Below are positions 43,146 through 56,156 of a DNA stretch of 64,000 nucleotides, piece by piece. Positions within the stretch are counted from its first letter, which is position 1. Every line of letters starts with the position of its first letter. A program made the translations under genes and the position numbers. The DNA lies in contig OZ024742.1 of the NCBI GenBank assembly GCA_964016885.1, positions 187,488,001 to 187,552,000 of the forward strand. Direction: 5' to 3'. Below the pieces are notes generated by a model, which had not been told where the DNA came from, searched no databases, and was given only the letters and a program-made list of their open reading frames with translations. Source of the stretch: Eledone cirrhosa (lineage: Eukaryota).

Positions 43146-45030
43146 GCTATTTATAACATACTTGACCTCCTTTTCAACCCAAGACACACATAAAACATAT
43201 GCGCATATTGATCAACAGTGGGGTGACATTCATCAAATGAAATAGCATGGCAATTTACATATAAAGTGTTACATGATAAAAATAAAATAAAATAAAAGCA
43301 AGAGTGAAAATAAGAGTGAAAATAAAGATAAACATGAAGCGTTGGCAGTCTATGAAGATAAAGCAAGAGGAAAGCTTAGAGTAGTCAGTGCATGAAGCAA
43401 TCTCCCGTGTAGCATGCACGCTTGTCTTATCTATACATGATTAGAGTGCGTCAGAATGATATTTGCAGGGTCAGGCAGTTGAAGCAGGCAATCGATCTTA
43501 TTATATAGGCTGAATTATTAAGTCATTTATTCTCATACATCTGTATGATATACAGTCTCGGATGCGGGGAAACACCAAAATATCAAAAACCTTCAACATA
43601 CTATAAACCTTATTGTATCGTAGGCAAGGTCGTACCACTGTCCTTGTTCACACCACCACTCACATAATCCATGAGACGCAATATATATATATAGAGAACA
43701 CGCGTCTATCGTATAATTCGCAGTGGTTCAGCATATAGTCAAGCTATAAACGTATCCAGTCGGTTCTTAATTAATATATCATGCTGTCCAAATTCCGGAA
43801 GTGCCTGAATGATTAGGGGAATTAATGCGTAAGGGGAGGTAACTAGCTAGTTATTTTAGTTACATTACTATGCTAAACTACATTAATGGTGATTCAAATA
43901 CGTGCCTATCATGTGAAGTTATAACTAATATCTAGAGTATGGTACCCATTTATAAGTTAGAGAGTTGTTCATTAAGAAGTACAAGGGTGTATATACTAGG
44001 ATGATTGCCAACCATTAATTAAGGGGTGTCATCTCTGAACGTTCTATAAGAGGAGTCAGACTCTCAAGTCACTGCTCCATGCAAATGTAATACAACAGTA
44101 GGACCTGGTATGGTCCCACTATTATATATGCCACCCGGTAGGCTCCGGGTCATTGCTTGCCTGCATCTCCAGTAAATCTTCGGTATGGTCCGGAGATCCG
44201 ATCTCTCATATAAATGCACTAGTCTGGCCATCAGGTAATAGACAACCCCCGTCTGAAGTATAAATCAATTATGTATCACATCTCCAAGCTAGAGTGGAGT
44301 CTATTAATAGGTATTAAAGGAGTCCACATCAAGATGATTACGTGCATAATACAATGAACTGATCGCTTACACTATATACTCACTTAACAATACGATTATC
44401 TATCTAATCATCAATCTATCTCTTGGTGGTAATCCATGCACAGGAATATGCTATCACAACCAGTACCGTGTCCCCAGTTTATACTAATCTTATATTTGTG
44501 CAATGCAGAATAAGTAGTCCACGGTCGGGATATCAGTATTAGAGGTACAAGGGGGTATTCCCAGGGTAGGTGGCACTCAAATGCTGTCAGTATTATCTTT
44601 AGAGTATAGAGATGGGTGTGGATGTGAGGTGTAAGGTGTGTTACTGATGTTAATTGCTAGGGGTGGTGTCGGTTCCAGTCTGACATTATTATATATAGGG
44701 TTTAAAGTTTGGGAACGAGTGTCGGAAGCGGTGTTGGCAATTTGCGAACACTTCTGATTTTTTATTAAGGAGATTATGTTTAGAGAAGATGATAGTATGG
44801 GTCTCTAGTAGACAGAGGTTACAAAATTTATCAGGTGGTTTGTACGATGTTGCACTACCTACCACTTCCCATTTAAGTGTATATATTTTATTTTTGGTTT
44901 TAGATAGTGTATGTAGCTAGATAGTGAAGTGGAGTTGGCTAGACTGTGTTTTTTGAAAGAGTGGAGGTGCGAATTGTATCTAGTTTTGAAGCAGTTAGAA
45001 GTGGAGCCTATGTAGGTTTCAGAAGAGCTG

Positions 45031-46452
45031 TTAGTTGTGACTGTACATGAGTATATGATATCCTTGGTTAAGCATTTTTTTATCTAAAGGGCAGGTTCTA
45101 CTTGATCTACAGTTACAATTACTCTGGGTGCTAGTCTGCCGGTTACTATGCTCTGTAGAAGTTTGGAGGTTAGCTATAGGGTTATGGTTATGCGGGTTGT
45201 GGTACGCAGCGTTAATGTTTACACTAGTGCTATTACTACTATTTCCATTGATAGTACGGTTAATTGTTATAATGTTACTTTGACTGTCATTTTGAATGTT
45301 ATTTTGAAGGTTTATCGACCGTTGTGATTTAGTTTGTGGGAAGTAAGAATTAATTTTTCTTTTATTTGTACTAGCTATGTGGTGTGCTAAGTTAGGCGTA
45401 GTAGAGTATGAGATCTTAATAGTGTTTTTGTTTAAAAGGCCGTGGTACCTGTGGCCGGATGGGAAGTGTTTATCTAGTAGTGAGAAGAAAGCCCTAGGAA
45501 GGTTGGCAGAGACGTTTAAATTGAAAGGAGGGTTGAAAAATGTATTATTTCTTCTTCTATTTCTGTTTTTTATGTCTGGTGATTTGTTTCCTTTAATGTT
45601 CCTATGGTCATTTCTGTGGTGCGGGTTACTCTTGTTGTTACAATCCCTATTAGTGTGTGTGCAGTTGCTATTCTTATTATTAAATTTTCCCATGGACATG
45701 TTGTGTGAAATGATGTTGTAGCTATGTGTTTTTGTAGGTAGGAACTCTATCCCTGTATTATGGCCTGATCTAGCTAATGCCTGATTATAATACTGCGAGT
45801 TATTGTTAAATGTGTTTATGTCATAGGGTAGATTAGAGATTCTATTAGATACTCCCTTAGACATAGAGTTCAATATAGATTTAGGGTGGTTAGACTTGGT
45901 ATCTACGTAGATGAGTTTTTCATTAGGTTTGTGGAAAGGTGCATATATCATTGAGTCTAAGTAGAGTGTGGCGTCTAGGAAGTTGACGTTTTTGGTGTTT
46001 TTTTCCATGGTAATACTAAGGTTAAAGTTTTTGAATGTTTTGTGCAATAGTTTTCTAGTCCTTTCTATATTGAATTTTTTATAGTCTATAAGTAGAAGTG
46101 CATCGTCGCGATACAAACCACCGCTGAGGTACGGAAGTTCCCTGTGGATTAGGTTAAGTAAGTATAGGCCAACCAAATCAGTGACCTGCGCCGAGTCACT
46201 AGCCCCTATAGTAATGTCGAAGCTGTTTTGCGTATCCTTGCGGGTCCATAATTGGTCCTCAAAGGTGATTATTGTTTTACGGGCCGCAAGTATGACATCA
46301 ATCTGGGGTCTAGTCAAGTCACTATTGTCCATGGCCATTATAAGTGCCTTATTTAGTAGGATAGGGGAAATACAGGTGTAGTAAGAGTTGATATCAAATT
46401 GGATAAATTTTTTATCCTTGTTATCTATGATATTTTTGAACCATTCAATCAC
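45031..46452 (-). pseudogene. PLE reverse transcriptase core, thumb and linker (frameshifted at both ends)
   Basis: ORF track 473 aa; motifs as listed for 42890-46755. Confidence 0.9.
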
Positions 46453-46756
46453 TTCACCCGTATTTCCCCATTGCTTAAGGTAAATCTTGTGTTTAATCTG
46501 TGGGATGATTTGTCTAGGATTTTTTTATTGATAATGCCAATGTCAGACCTGGAGGGGCAGATTAGTCTAATCGAGGGGTTGCTAATGAAGTCTACCTTAT
46601 GGTCCTTCAGAGAGAATCTAGGGGGGTTTGGGGTGTAAGGTTGTGTATGTCTCTGGAGCCCTAGTTTGGATACTATATTATAGCCTTCCATATTAATATC
46701 TTCTAAGTTTTTCATAGTGGTTTTCTTGTAGCTTTTATGTAGTTCATTGTATATAA

Positions 46757-46858
<102 letters not shown>

Positions 46859-46875
46859 TTCTATATATATATATA

Positions 46876-47020
46876 TACATTCACACATATATATAAAACT
46901 GAAATATATATATATATGATCTAGCTGTTGAAACGGCCGGAGCTATCCCGGGTTCAATCGGGGTAACCACAATAAGGAAGAGTTTACTGATGATTTCTCC
47001 AGAATGAAACAATTCTAGTC

Positions 47021-47065
<45 letters not shown>

Positions 47066-47074
47066 TGTGTGTGT
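46876..47074 (+). repeat. Right arm of the inverted repeat flanking the PLE
   Basis: CTGATGA 46987-46993, GAAAC 47006-47010, GTA 47023-47025 directly followed by (TA)n. Confidence 0.9.
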
Positions 47075-47118
47075 GTTTATATATATATATATGAATGTGT
47101 GTATATATATATACATAT

Positions 47119-48784
47119 TGGGGTGTTCCAGTATCCCATATTTTACACAAAAGCGTATTTTTCTTAACTCCCTATGCATTTTCTCATGCCATTTTGTATA
47201 TTATCAAATTATAATGTAAATTTGATTATTTAAGACTAATTTAAGTCTTGCCTAATAGTTGCATATTGGCAGAATAATGGCGGAAACCAGTGGGCCTAGT
47301 TGTAGCTACTCGCTCCGTTATGATGATCGAGAAATATGGCTCCTGGAGCAATATGTTGCATCCTTTTCACCAAACAAAATACCAACGAAGAGGGATGTTC
47401 TAAGATATTTCTTCTACCTGAAAGATGGTCCTATGAAACACGAAAAGCATGTGAGCTCCATTGGTGCTATTGCGGATAGGCTTGTGATGGAAGTAGTTAC
47501 TCAGTGTGAAAAAGCTGGTGTGGCGACTCAACGAAAAGAAAAAGTGAAACTGAAAATTATGAACATGTACAGTGAATACAGAAATTTACCAAAAAACAAA
47601 GGTTGTAAGTCAAACAACGAAAAGGAAGCACTATTTATTTCTGAATTGGATTCGTATTTCTACATGGCACATACTGATGCTGAAAAGAAAATGTTAAAAG
47701 ACCGTCTTCGTAATAATTGTTTCTACTTTAGGCACAAGGCCAGCACATACCCAGTGCATTACTCGTACTTTATTCCTCGGCGGAATTTGAACTCAGATCG
47801 TAAAGGGACGTAACTATGCTGGAAAGCATGGCGTCTAACCCTCTACCGATACTGCCAATCCACCGTCTTCGTAATAATGAACAGGAAATGGAAGATGCTA
47901 CGTTTCTCGAAGCCTTGCATTACCACAAAAAATGATGACAAAGGTTACCAGAAAAGGGTCTCTTCAAAGTTTAAGCGTGATCAGGTTTCTGTGGCTCGTC
48001 AGGATCTGCAGCAGCACAACTTCCACGTAATGAACTGAGTGATTCAAGTTCAACCAATTATGAAACTGAAGATGAACAGGATCCTGAATTTCAGGCCTCA
48101 GACCCACCCAGAGACAGCTTAAAATCAGACAACAAACGAAAAATAAAGCTGCATCTCCCAAAGAATCCATTTCAAAGTCCAACAATTTCTCTAATGCCTG
48201 ATCGTTTAAACCTGACACTGGGCCAGAGAACAGCATTTATGGAATCGATTATTTCTGAGGGTGTGACTGACATAGGCGCCACAACTCTCTCCAAGAATAG
48301 TAGCAGAAGTGCAGCTAAGAAGATCAGAACTGTGTGGGCTGAATACATAAAGGAACAATTTGCTGTACCAGATTTTGTTACCTTGCATTGGCAAGGCAAA
48401 ATAATTCCTGGTGACCACAAGAGTCTAGATGTGCTAGTTGCTAGAACTCCGGACTTCAGATAAGGTAAACTCCTCGGTGTTGCCATAATTCCTGAGTTAA
48501 CTTAACTGAACTTGTTTCTTCCTTGTACGCCTTTATGTTCAAAGCTGGTTTACTAAATATAATGGATTAATAAAATAAACAATTATTATATCGTCATAAT
48601 TGTTTTCACATTTTCATGATTTTATGCAACATAATCACACTTTCCACTATAACCACCATAATATGGGCAAGGCTCAGAATAATTTATTTTATACAAAATA
48701 TGTTTTGTTTCATCAATTGGTGCATTTATAATGGGAAAATACACAGGGAGCGTTAGTATTGTGACATTGCTTTTTATGGCACAC

Positions 48785-48788
<4 letters not shown>
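47119..48788 (+). mobile_element. hATm-like DNA transposon, internally deleted
   Basis: Imperfect TIRs tggggtgttcca / tggcacactcta, subterminal IR ctccctatgcattttctcat / atgggaaaatacacagggag, and 8-bp TSD-like atacatat/atatatat. ORFs 47259 (KIPTKRDVLRYFF...EKAGVAT...ELDSYFYMAH) and 48194 (TLHWQGK...GKLLGV) resemble hATm transposase N-terminal regions. Confidence 0.75.
47711..47866 (-). mobile_element. SINE family 1 inserted into the hATm transposase ORF
   Basis: ccgtcttcgtaataat is duplicated at 47702-47717 and 47863-47878. Confidence 0.9.
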
Positions 48789-48852
<64 letters not shown>

Positions 48853-48858
<6 letters not shown>

Positions 48859-51650
48859 TAAAATAACAGATTAAAGTTTAAGCAAAGAATCGCTGCTTTC
48901 ACCCTTAACGGGATCTTCTGAAACTAACAAAGTCAATCTGTAAACGCAGAACTGGATATTTCAAAAAACGTTGCAACCGGAGGAAGACAGGAAGACGATA
49001 CTTTGGTTCATGGTGACGTTCGCTGGCAAAGAACGGGAAAAAACGAATAATACGTCATCAATAGGAGCGGTGAAAAACAATTACGTGCAAGGACAGAACC
49101 ACGTTTATGGTATAAAAGAGGTCGTAGACTAATGTTCTCTAAGTGGTGCATAGAGACGTTCTCTGGCAATGAACGAAAAAACGAAGATAATAAGTCATAT
49201 GTGGAGCGTGGAGAACAATAGCGTGCAAAGACAAAACCACGTAAATGGTATAGCAGAAGTCGTAGACTAAAATTCTAACTAGGAGACCGAATGAATCTCC
49301 GCTACAGAGTTAAGAACAAAGTAAATAAATACAATACAGAAGTAATAGGAACAAATAAATACATACACGCAAACAGAGACGTACATACACAAGCATACGC
49401 AAAACCTTACCATAGGTATACAAAACCACGCACATATAAATATGTGTATGTGTGTATGCTTGTGTACAAATACATAAATACGTATATAACAAGCGCACAC
49501 ACATACCTACAAATAAATACATGAAGGTTTGGAGACGTAAGTCAACTAAAACAAGAAGTACCCATATACACACACCCACCATACGTACGAACCTGCATAC
49601 TCACGCAGACGCAAAACTCCCATATACACATAACCAAGCCCTAAATACCAGAATATGTAAAAATTATACGCCAAAACAGTCAAATATACGTACGAGAAGG
49701 TATACATACCATCACAAAACATACGGGTAATATATACTTACCTATGCAAAAAGTAAAGGAATAAACAAAACATATACTTAGCTCCCACATCAAGACGTAA
49801 ATATCCACTTATAGATCGTGCTATCCGTTAGGGTATAACGTAGGGCTGTAATACAGGAAAGTTTTGTGCAATTTATGTTTACAAGCCGAAATTGCCTCAG
49901 ATTTTTTGTTTAAGATGTGGTCTGTGGCGTAGAGTATTTCCAGGGCCTCAGCGGCGCAGAGGTCACACGGTCTTTTATTTCCGTTATACGATCTAGCCCT
50001 AGCTAGGATCTCCCAGTGTAACTTATATTGGGTGTGGTTGTCTTTTAGACTCCAGATATAAGCTGAAAGTGACGTCATATTCCTTCTTAGAGGGTAACGA
50101 AAAGAATGGGTATGCATGTAAAGACGCTGCTTGAAACTATTGGCGGTTAACCCTATGTAGGCCCTACGGGACGTGGGTGTTACAACCTTACATTTGTAGA
50201 CAATGTTACTAGAGAGGCATTTCCCGGATAGGGGACAATCAGGCCGATTCCTACAATTACAGTTAGTACTAACTACAGGGTTGCACGGGTTCCTACGGCT
50301 AGGTATTTTAGCTAAATTTGAAGCTGTGATGTTATGTGCAAGGTTAGGAGTCGTTGAGTAAGAAATTTTAATAGTGTTTCTATTAAAAATTTTACTATAT
50401 TTATGTGTAGGGGGAAAATGCTTCGTAATAAGGGAAAGAAAGATCTTAGCTAATGGTGTGGCCGCCTCCATATTATATGGTGGGTTAAACCAACAAATGC
50501 GACGGGATCTATTTCTTCTAGGTCTATTCTCGTACTCTGTATATGCTACCTTATCGACAAATCCACTTCGAGCAAGAGCTTCATTGTAATAAGTGGAATG
50601 GTCGTTGAAAATACGCTCGTTGGTGGAAAGACGGGAAAGCCTCAACGAAACGTTTTTTACCAGGTTCTTGGTTATGCTGGCAGGATGGTTGGAATGCTTA
50701 CTTATGTAATTAAGCGTATAATTCGGCTTTCTATACGTGTAATGCAACCCATTCAATAAATTGAGGGTAACGTCGAGGTAATTAACGACCGAGAGATTGG
50801 CCTCAACCTGTATAGAGAGGTTGAAGCCTTTACAGAAGGCTGTGAGTTCTTTTCTGAATCTGTCGCAAGCACGAGGTCCGCACTTAGTCCTGGTCAAAAA
50901 GCCATCGTCACTGTACAAACCACCGCCCGCGTTGGAGAATTCGTCCTTGATAGAGAAAAGAAGGAAAATGCCAATAAGATCAGTAACCTCCGCAGAGTCA
51001 CTGGCGCCCATACTCACGTCGAATGGGGTACTATTGGATTTTTTAATCCAAATAGAATCGTCGAAATTAATCACCGACTTTCGGGCATTAAGGATGACAT
51101 CAACTTCGAAATCCTTAACCACTGTGAGTGTTTTAGCGAAATTGATAGCTCTAAGGAGAAGTGGTAAAGTGATGGAGGAGTAGTAATTGTTGATGTCGAA
51201 TTGGATAAAACGGCAATGTTCCTTGTTACATATGCCGTTGAACCAATCAATCACCGCGAAAGAATTGTTCCACAGTGCGAGAGGGGCCAAATTTCTAATT
51301 TCAGGTATAATTCTATCAAGAATGGTTTTACTAAGTCTACCTAAATCGGACTTCGTAGGGTTAATAAGCCGAATAGAGGGGTTGTTCGGAAAATTGGATT
51401 TGTGGTCCTTCAGGGTAAAGTGGGGAGAGATAGGGTCCAGGGATTCGGTCCGGTCCAGGATGTTGAGATCAGATGTGATTTTAAACCCAGCATCGTTGAT
51501 TTCATTGATGACACACCGATTAGTTTTACGGTAATCCTTAGTTACAGCATTATGTAGTAGTTGATGGTAAGTACTGCGCTCCACTTGATATAGGTTGCCA
51601 GTTTTGTCGGAATGGACGTGCACGGCGTTAGAATCCTTAATCCTCTCTGG
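48853..51650 (-). mobile_element. Penelope-like retroelement (probably Hydra-type), 5'-truncated, with ~1-kb 3' UTR ending in (TA)n
   Basis: Contains the uninterrupted 600-aa RT + GIY-YIG ORF. The 3' UTR is homologous to 26545-26900 and 52690-52912. Confidence 0.92.
49821..51623 (-). CDS. PLE polyprotein fragment: reverse transcriptase + CxCx5C linker + GIY-YIG endonuclease
   Basis: DKTGNLY, LKDHK, FIQFDINNYY, MGASDSAEVTDLIG, LYSDD, YLD, SNHP, WFNPPY, CNCRNRPDCPL.GKC, NIVYKC...YIG, CDLC..E, CKH. The N-terminus is missing and the annotated start is not real. Confidence 0.9.
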   Translation of the reverse strand: MHVHSDKTGNLYQVERSTYHQLLHNAVTKDYRKTNRCVINEINDAGFKITSDLNILDRTESLDPISPHFTLKDHKSNFPNNPSIRLINPTKSDLGRLSKTILDRIIPEIRNLAPLALWNNSFAVIDWFNGICNKEHCRFIQFDINNYYSSITLPLLLRAINFAKTLTVVKDFEVDVILNARKSVINFDDSIWIKKSNSTPFDVSMGASDSAEVTDLIGIFLLFSIKDEFSNAGGGLYSDDGFLTRTKCGPRACDRFRKELTAFCKGFNLSIQVEANLSVVNYLDVTLNLLNGLHYTYRKPNYTLNYISKHSNHPASITKNLVKNVSLRLSRLSTNERIFNDHSTYYNEALARSGFVDKVAYTEYENRPRRNRSRRICWFNPPYNMEAATPLAKIFLSLITKHFPPTHKYSKIFNRNTIKISYSTTPNLAHNITASNLAKIPSRRNPCNPVVSTNCNCRNRPDCPLSGKCLSSNIVYKCKVVTPTSRRAYIGLTANSFKQRLYMHTHSFRYPLRRNMTSLSAYIWSLKDNHTQYKLHWEILARARSYNGNKRPCDLCAAEALEILYATDHILNKKSEAISACKHKLHKTFLYYSPTLYPNG

Positions 51651-51676
51651 ATTTTAGTCTTCAATTTTATTATTAT

Positions 51677-51711
<35 letters not shown>

Positions 51712-51716
<5 letters not shown>

Positions 51717-52325
51717 TGGCCCCCAACCCGTTTTCGAGTACGGCCACTACTTTATATCCATATAGGAGAACCCCTACCGATGCGCTGAACGAGTGTGACT
51801 TTTTACCCCAGCCAGCCACTTGAAAACTCTTGTACAAACACTACACTTGTGACAATTATTGACACATAGTGCTGGGCCCATGGTACCATGTGACGACAAG
51901 TGCACAGAGATCTCCAGATATAAAGCAATGCCTGTGCCGTGAAACTTTTATAGTGAGCAAAGGCACTACACAAAGCCAGCCCCACTCTCTTAACCAAGAT
52001 GATATTTACCAAAAATAAGAACAAGTCAACATCATTGGAAACCAACAGGGTTGCAGGTGTTATATCAAAGTTTTCCTTATCCTAGAATTCTGCCTTGACA
52101 AAGGCTAAGGGGTCATCTCTCCCGGTGATTTTGGATGGTCATTGATTCTTAAGAGCTGCTTTGCCCTTTTACAGGTTTTGTTTTTAGTCCTGCAGGATGT
52201 CCAAAGACACCCTCCTCACCAAGAAACCTTGGTGGGGTTGGCAGTTTAGGCGCCAAGGACCCGACCATGGGACAGGTTGTACTGGAATACATGTTACCAG
52301 TAGCACCAACTGGTGACCTGACTAT
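51712..52325 (-). mobile_element. Probable RTE-related non-autonomous element
   Basis: Its 3' end (tggccgtactcgaaaacggg...gggccaccat + TA) resembles the tail at 21949-21990. No ORF. Confidence 0.5.
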
Positions 52326-52400
52326 GTATGTATGTATGTATATATATATACGTACATACATACATACATACATACATACATACATACTTACATACATACA

Positions 52401-52905
52401 TCAAACTTAAATTGTCTGTGTGTGTGGGTCTTAATTTTTGCAAAATCTATACAAATCCACATTTCTACTCCGATTGACTTCAAACTTGCATTTATATATT
52501 CCGTGTGGTCTAAAGATATTAATTGCAGCTTTTATATTTCAATTTTCATTTGTTAAAGGGGTGTTAGGTGCCGCTTATAGATCTCTCTCTCTCTTTCTTA
52601 GTCTGTCTTTTTAGATATATACATAGCTATAACGTCGCGCCCTTACACTATCTGTCTGTATGTCTGGTGTCTGCATTACGACATTATGACAAATATTGTT
52701 CTCATTGCTGACGTATTATCTTCGCTATTTTCCGTTCATTGCCAGGGAACGTCTTCACGAACCAAAGTATCGTCTTCCCTTTTTCCTTTGGTTGCAACGT
52801 TTTTCTAAATATTTACTTCTACGTTCACAGACTGATTTTTTTTAGTTTCAGAAGATCCCGTTAAGTTTGGAAGCAGCTATTCTTTGCTTAAACTTTAAAC
52901 TGTTA

Positions 52906-52941
<36 letters not shown>

Positions 52942-53841
52942 TATATTCGTCTACAGATATTTTTGCATACACAAAAACAAAATATAAACAAACGTATTTA
53001 TTTCACGAAAACACAGAGACGGCTTATCGTCATTGTTAGTGCCGATATGCCACCCAAAAAGTCCCACTACTTTAGGTACAAGGCCAGCAATTACATAGTC
53101 AACGGTTCGGAAATCACATACATCACTGTTTACTCCTTACTCTACCAGTTATTCTTAGTGTACTTCGTCCTGATTTTAGGTCACGCCTCGAAGGAAAATA
53201 TACTCTATTGGCCGAAATACTGCGATAGCGGCCAGGAAAAGAACAAGGCGGCCAAACGAATCATCAGTCGAATCTGCTATTCGACGGTCGCATGATGCTG
53301 AACGTACTGCCACCAGAAGAGCACTTTAAACAGACAACCAACGAACCATTCGCCGGACCATGTACACTTTGCAATGTCTATCAACAAATCCCAGGGTCAG
53401 ACCCTAGCTGTTGCTGGTCTTCTTTTGGAAGAGTCATGTTTTTCACGCGGGCAACTATACATTGGCTGCTCAAGAGTGGGAAGCAACACAAATCTCTTTG
53501 CACATGTCCGACACGGAAGGATAAGGGACATTGTGTACAGGGAGGTGCTACAATTATTATTTAGGTAGATGAGGGAGAAGGGGATATACACGATTGGCTG
53601 AAGAAGGACGAGACTGTGTTAGTAGTACGACCAACGGCTGCTATCACACCAACAGCAGCAACAACAACAACATAAAAGAGAGGGAACGCAATTACATGCT
53701 TTTGAAAAATCTTAATGGAAAATTACTTGCCTAAGCACAAAATGTAGACACCATCCCCAAGCCGAGGTATTCCGTAATTCTCTGTACTGTTTCAGAAAGG
53801 AGGGATAAACATGCCCGAACAACGCCGGGCCCCTCTGCTAG
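52401..53841 (+). mobile_element. Helitron, internally deleted, with nested insertions
   Basis: Pif1-like helicase C-terminus FAMSINKSQGQTL...CFSRGQLYIGCSRV...IVYREVL (53368-53568). RepHel-like N-terminus MPPKKS (53047) ... SIGRNTAIAARKR. 3' hairpin gcccg..cgggc then CTAG|T at 53838-53841. A possible 5' A|TC at 52401 is less certain. Confidence 0.85.
52690..52912 (+). mobile_element. PLE 3' UTR fragment (family of 48853-51650) nested in the Helitron
   Basis: Reverse-complement homology to 48855-49070, ending in (TA)n. Confidence 0.85.
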
Positions 53842-53867
53842 TATGGCCTATGCCTCCGTTAATTTAT

Positions 53868-53927
<60 letters not shown>

Positions 53928-54263
53928 TACGAAAAGTCTTAGTATTGATATACACACTTTGTTCTGCAGTCTTTCTTCCTCCTAACTCTGCTATCTACTA
54001 GACGGTGCAGTCCGAAACGTTATGAACTGACTTTCATTTCTGAGCATTTACTGTATTCTGTTTTGTTTTTGTGTTTTCTGTCCCCCTCTCTATGTGTGTA
54101 TCTACCTCTCTCTCTTTCAATCTCTCTCTCTCACACATATATCTATATATGTATATAATTAAATGTGTATGATTGCATACATTCATATGTATATATATAT
54201 ATATATATATGTATTTGTGTGTGTGCGTGCGTGTGTATAATATATATATATATACTCACGCAG

Positions 54264-54307
<44 letters not shown>

Positions 54308-54316
54308 GTGTGTGTA

Positions 54317-54405
<89 letters not shown>

Positions 54406-54690
54406 GTATATATATACATATAATATTCCCTAATTTCATATTTAGAGATAATTTATAATTTCTGGTGGTCTGGCCTGTTTTATACCAAACCTCAAACCTG
54501 ATATTTGATAAGGTCAGGGAATACATTAATTGATAACTGTGGTTTTATTAGGGGGGACCTTTGCTGCTTTATCACACATTACTCAAGGGAAACAATCATA
54601 AACCAGATGTAGTTCATAATTGAAGCTAATATACCGGGAATCATACATCATAAACTATTGTATGTTTTCTAGCATTCTCTTGTTTTCATA

Positions 54691-54845
54691 AAGCGGCAAT
54701 TGGTAAAGACGTTAGAATGTCGGATAAAATGTTTTATGGTAATCATACCAGCTCTCAGGTCCCTGAGTTCAAATCCCTCCGATGTCAACTTTGCCTCTCA
54801 TCCTTTGGAATTCGATAAAATAGTACCAGTCTAGTATTGGGGCAA
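54691..54845 (+). mobile_element. Diverged SINE family 1 copy
   Basis: ctgagttcaaatccctccgatgtcaactttgcctctcatcctttgg..tcgataaaatagtaccagt. Confidence 0.75.
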
Positions 54846-55916
54846 ATTCTTCCACTATATCTCTCACTTTTCATCTTCCTCTGGACGAAATAGGCTGTAC
54901 TCAGGCTAGGAGAAGGATGGGCGCCGCCAGGCTTAAAATGTCCAAGAAACCACGTATGTCAATAGGGCGCATTTACGACTCCATTAGGAGTTACTGGACG
55001 ATATCACACCAATACCTTATTTTCATACGATTTATCATAATGGGTCCACTGTTACTTTTCCGGATGAACATTCAGTTCTTCAATCAACTAACTGACCGTC
55101 AGACTGTTATTGCTGAAGTATTTCACAGACATGTGCACCCTTAACATAATTCCCATGCCGATTCAGCGTGGCACAATATATGACACGGCTGGACCTTTGG
55201 ATTAAAGATGAAATCTATTGTATATTATAATGGAAGTGGTGGAGCAATCCACAGACAGGCATACCATTAACACAATTGTCAACATAAAACAATTTATGAC
55301 ATAGCTGGATGAGATTTTGAATTACATTCACACAGTTTCGTTGGCCCAATTTCACTCTCAAGACGTGGTGATATGGTGTTATCTTAAATACACTTGGTCA
55401 AGAAGGATCACAATGGGATCAAACTCGAGAACTCACGATTCTTAAGCAAACATCTTGCTACATGTTCACATTCATAAATATAGAATATACAGCGAAAAGA
55501 AGTAAGCTCTTCTCCTTTCAACGATATCCATTCACTTCAGATCGGACAATGATTGATATAGTTTTATAATGTTTCTGTGTTTGTGTGTGAGAAGGGTTGG
55601 GAGGGGTAAAGAATTTGCAGAATCAATGGTGTGCTGGACGAAATCCTTAGCAGTATTTAGTTATAATCCTTAACATTCTGAGTTTAAATCACCCTAATTT
55701 CAGCTTCGTTTTTCATCATTCTGCAGTCGAAAAAATAAATTAGCAGTAAATTACTGGGCTCTATTTAATCGATGTTATATTCTGAATCACGTAATGTCCC
55801 TAAAACTAGGATAAGCATCAGTGTTTGTCCAACATACGCTGGCATGAAAAACATCCCCCCAAAGAGTTGAAAAACGTTGACTCTAACTGATAAAATCATT
55901 GTTATTTACAGTTTTA

Positions 55917-56140
55917 AGGCGGTGGAGTGGCAGTGCCGATAGACCGCCAGAAACTCTGCATCGCCGTATAGAGTTATTCACCTTTACGTTCTGAGTTCAA
56001 ATCCTGCCGAGGTTAGCTTTGTCTTTCACCTTTACGGGGTCGATAAACAAAGTACCAGTAATGCACTGATGTCGAATTAATCGATTTTTACCTTCTCTCC
56101 CAAAATTCCTGGCCTTGTGCCTGAAGGAGATATCATTATG
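55917..56140 (+). mobile_element. SINE family 1, long variant
   Basis: ggcggtggagtggcagtgccgatag...ctgagttcaaatcctgccgagg...ctggccttgtgcc. Confidence 0.85.
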
Positions 56141-56156
56141 ATTTAATGTATTAATT

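Noticed and set aside
52240-52322. Possible HDV-like ribozyme at the 5' end of the RTE-related element (tccca...ctaaactg on minus)
   Set aside because: I could not build a convincing P1/P1.1 double pseudoknot by eye.
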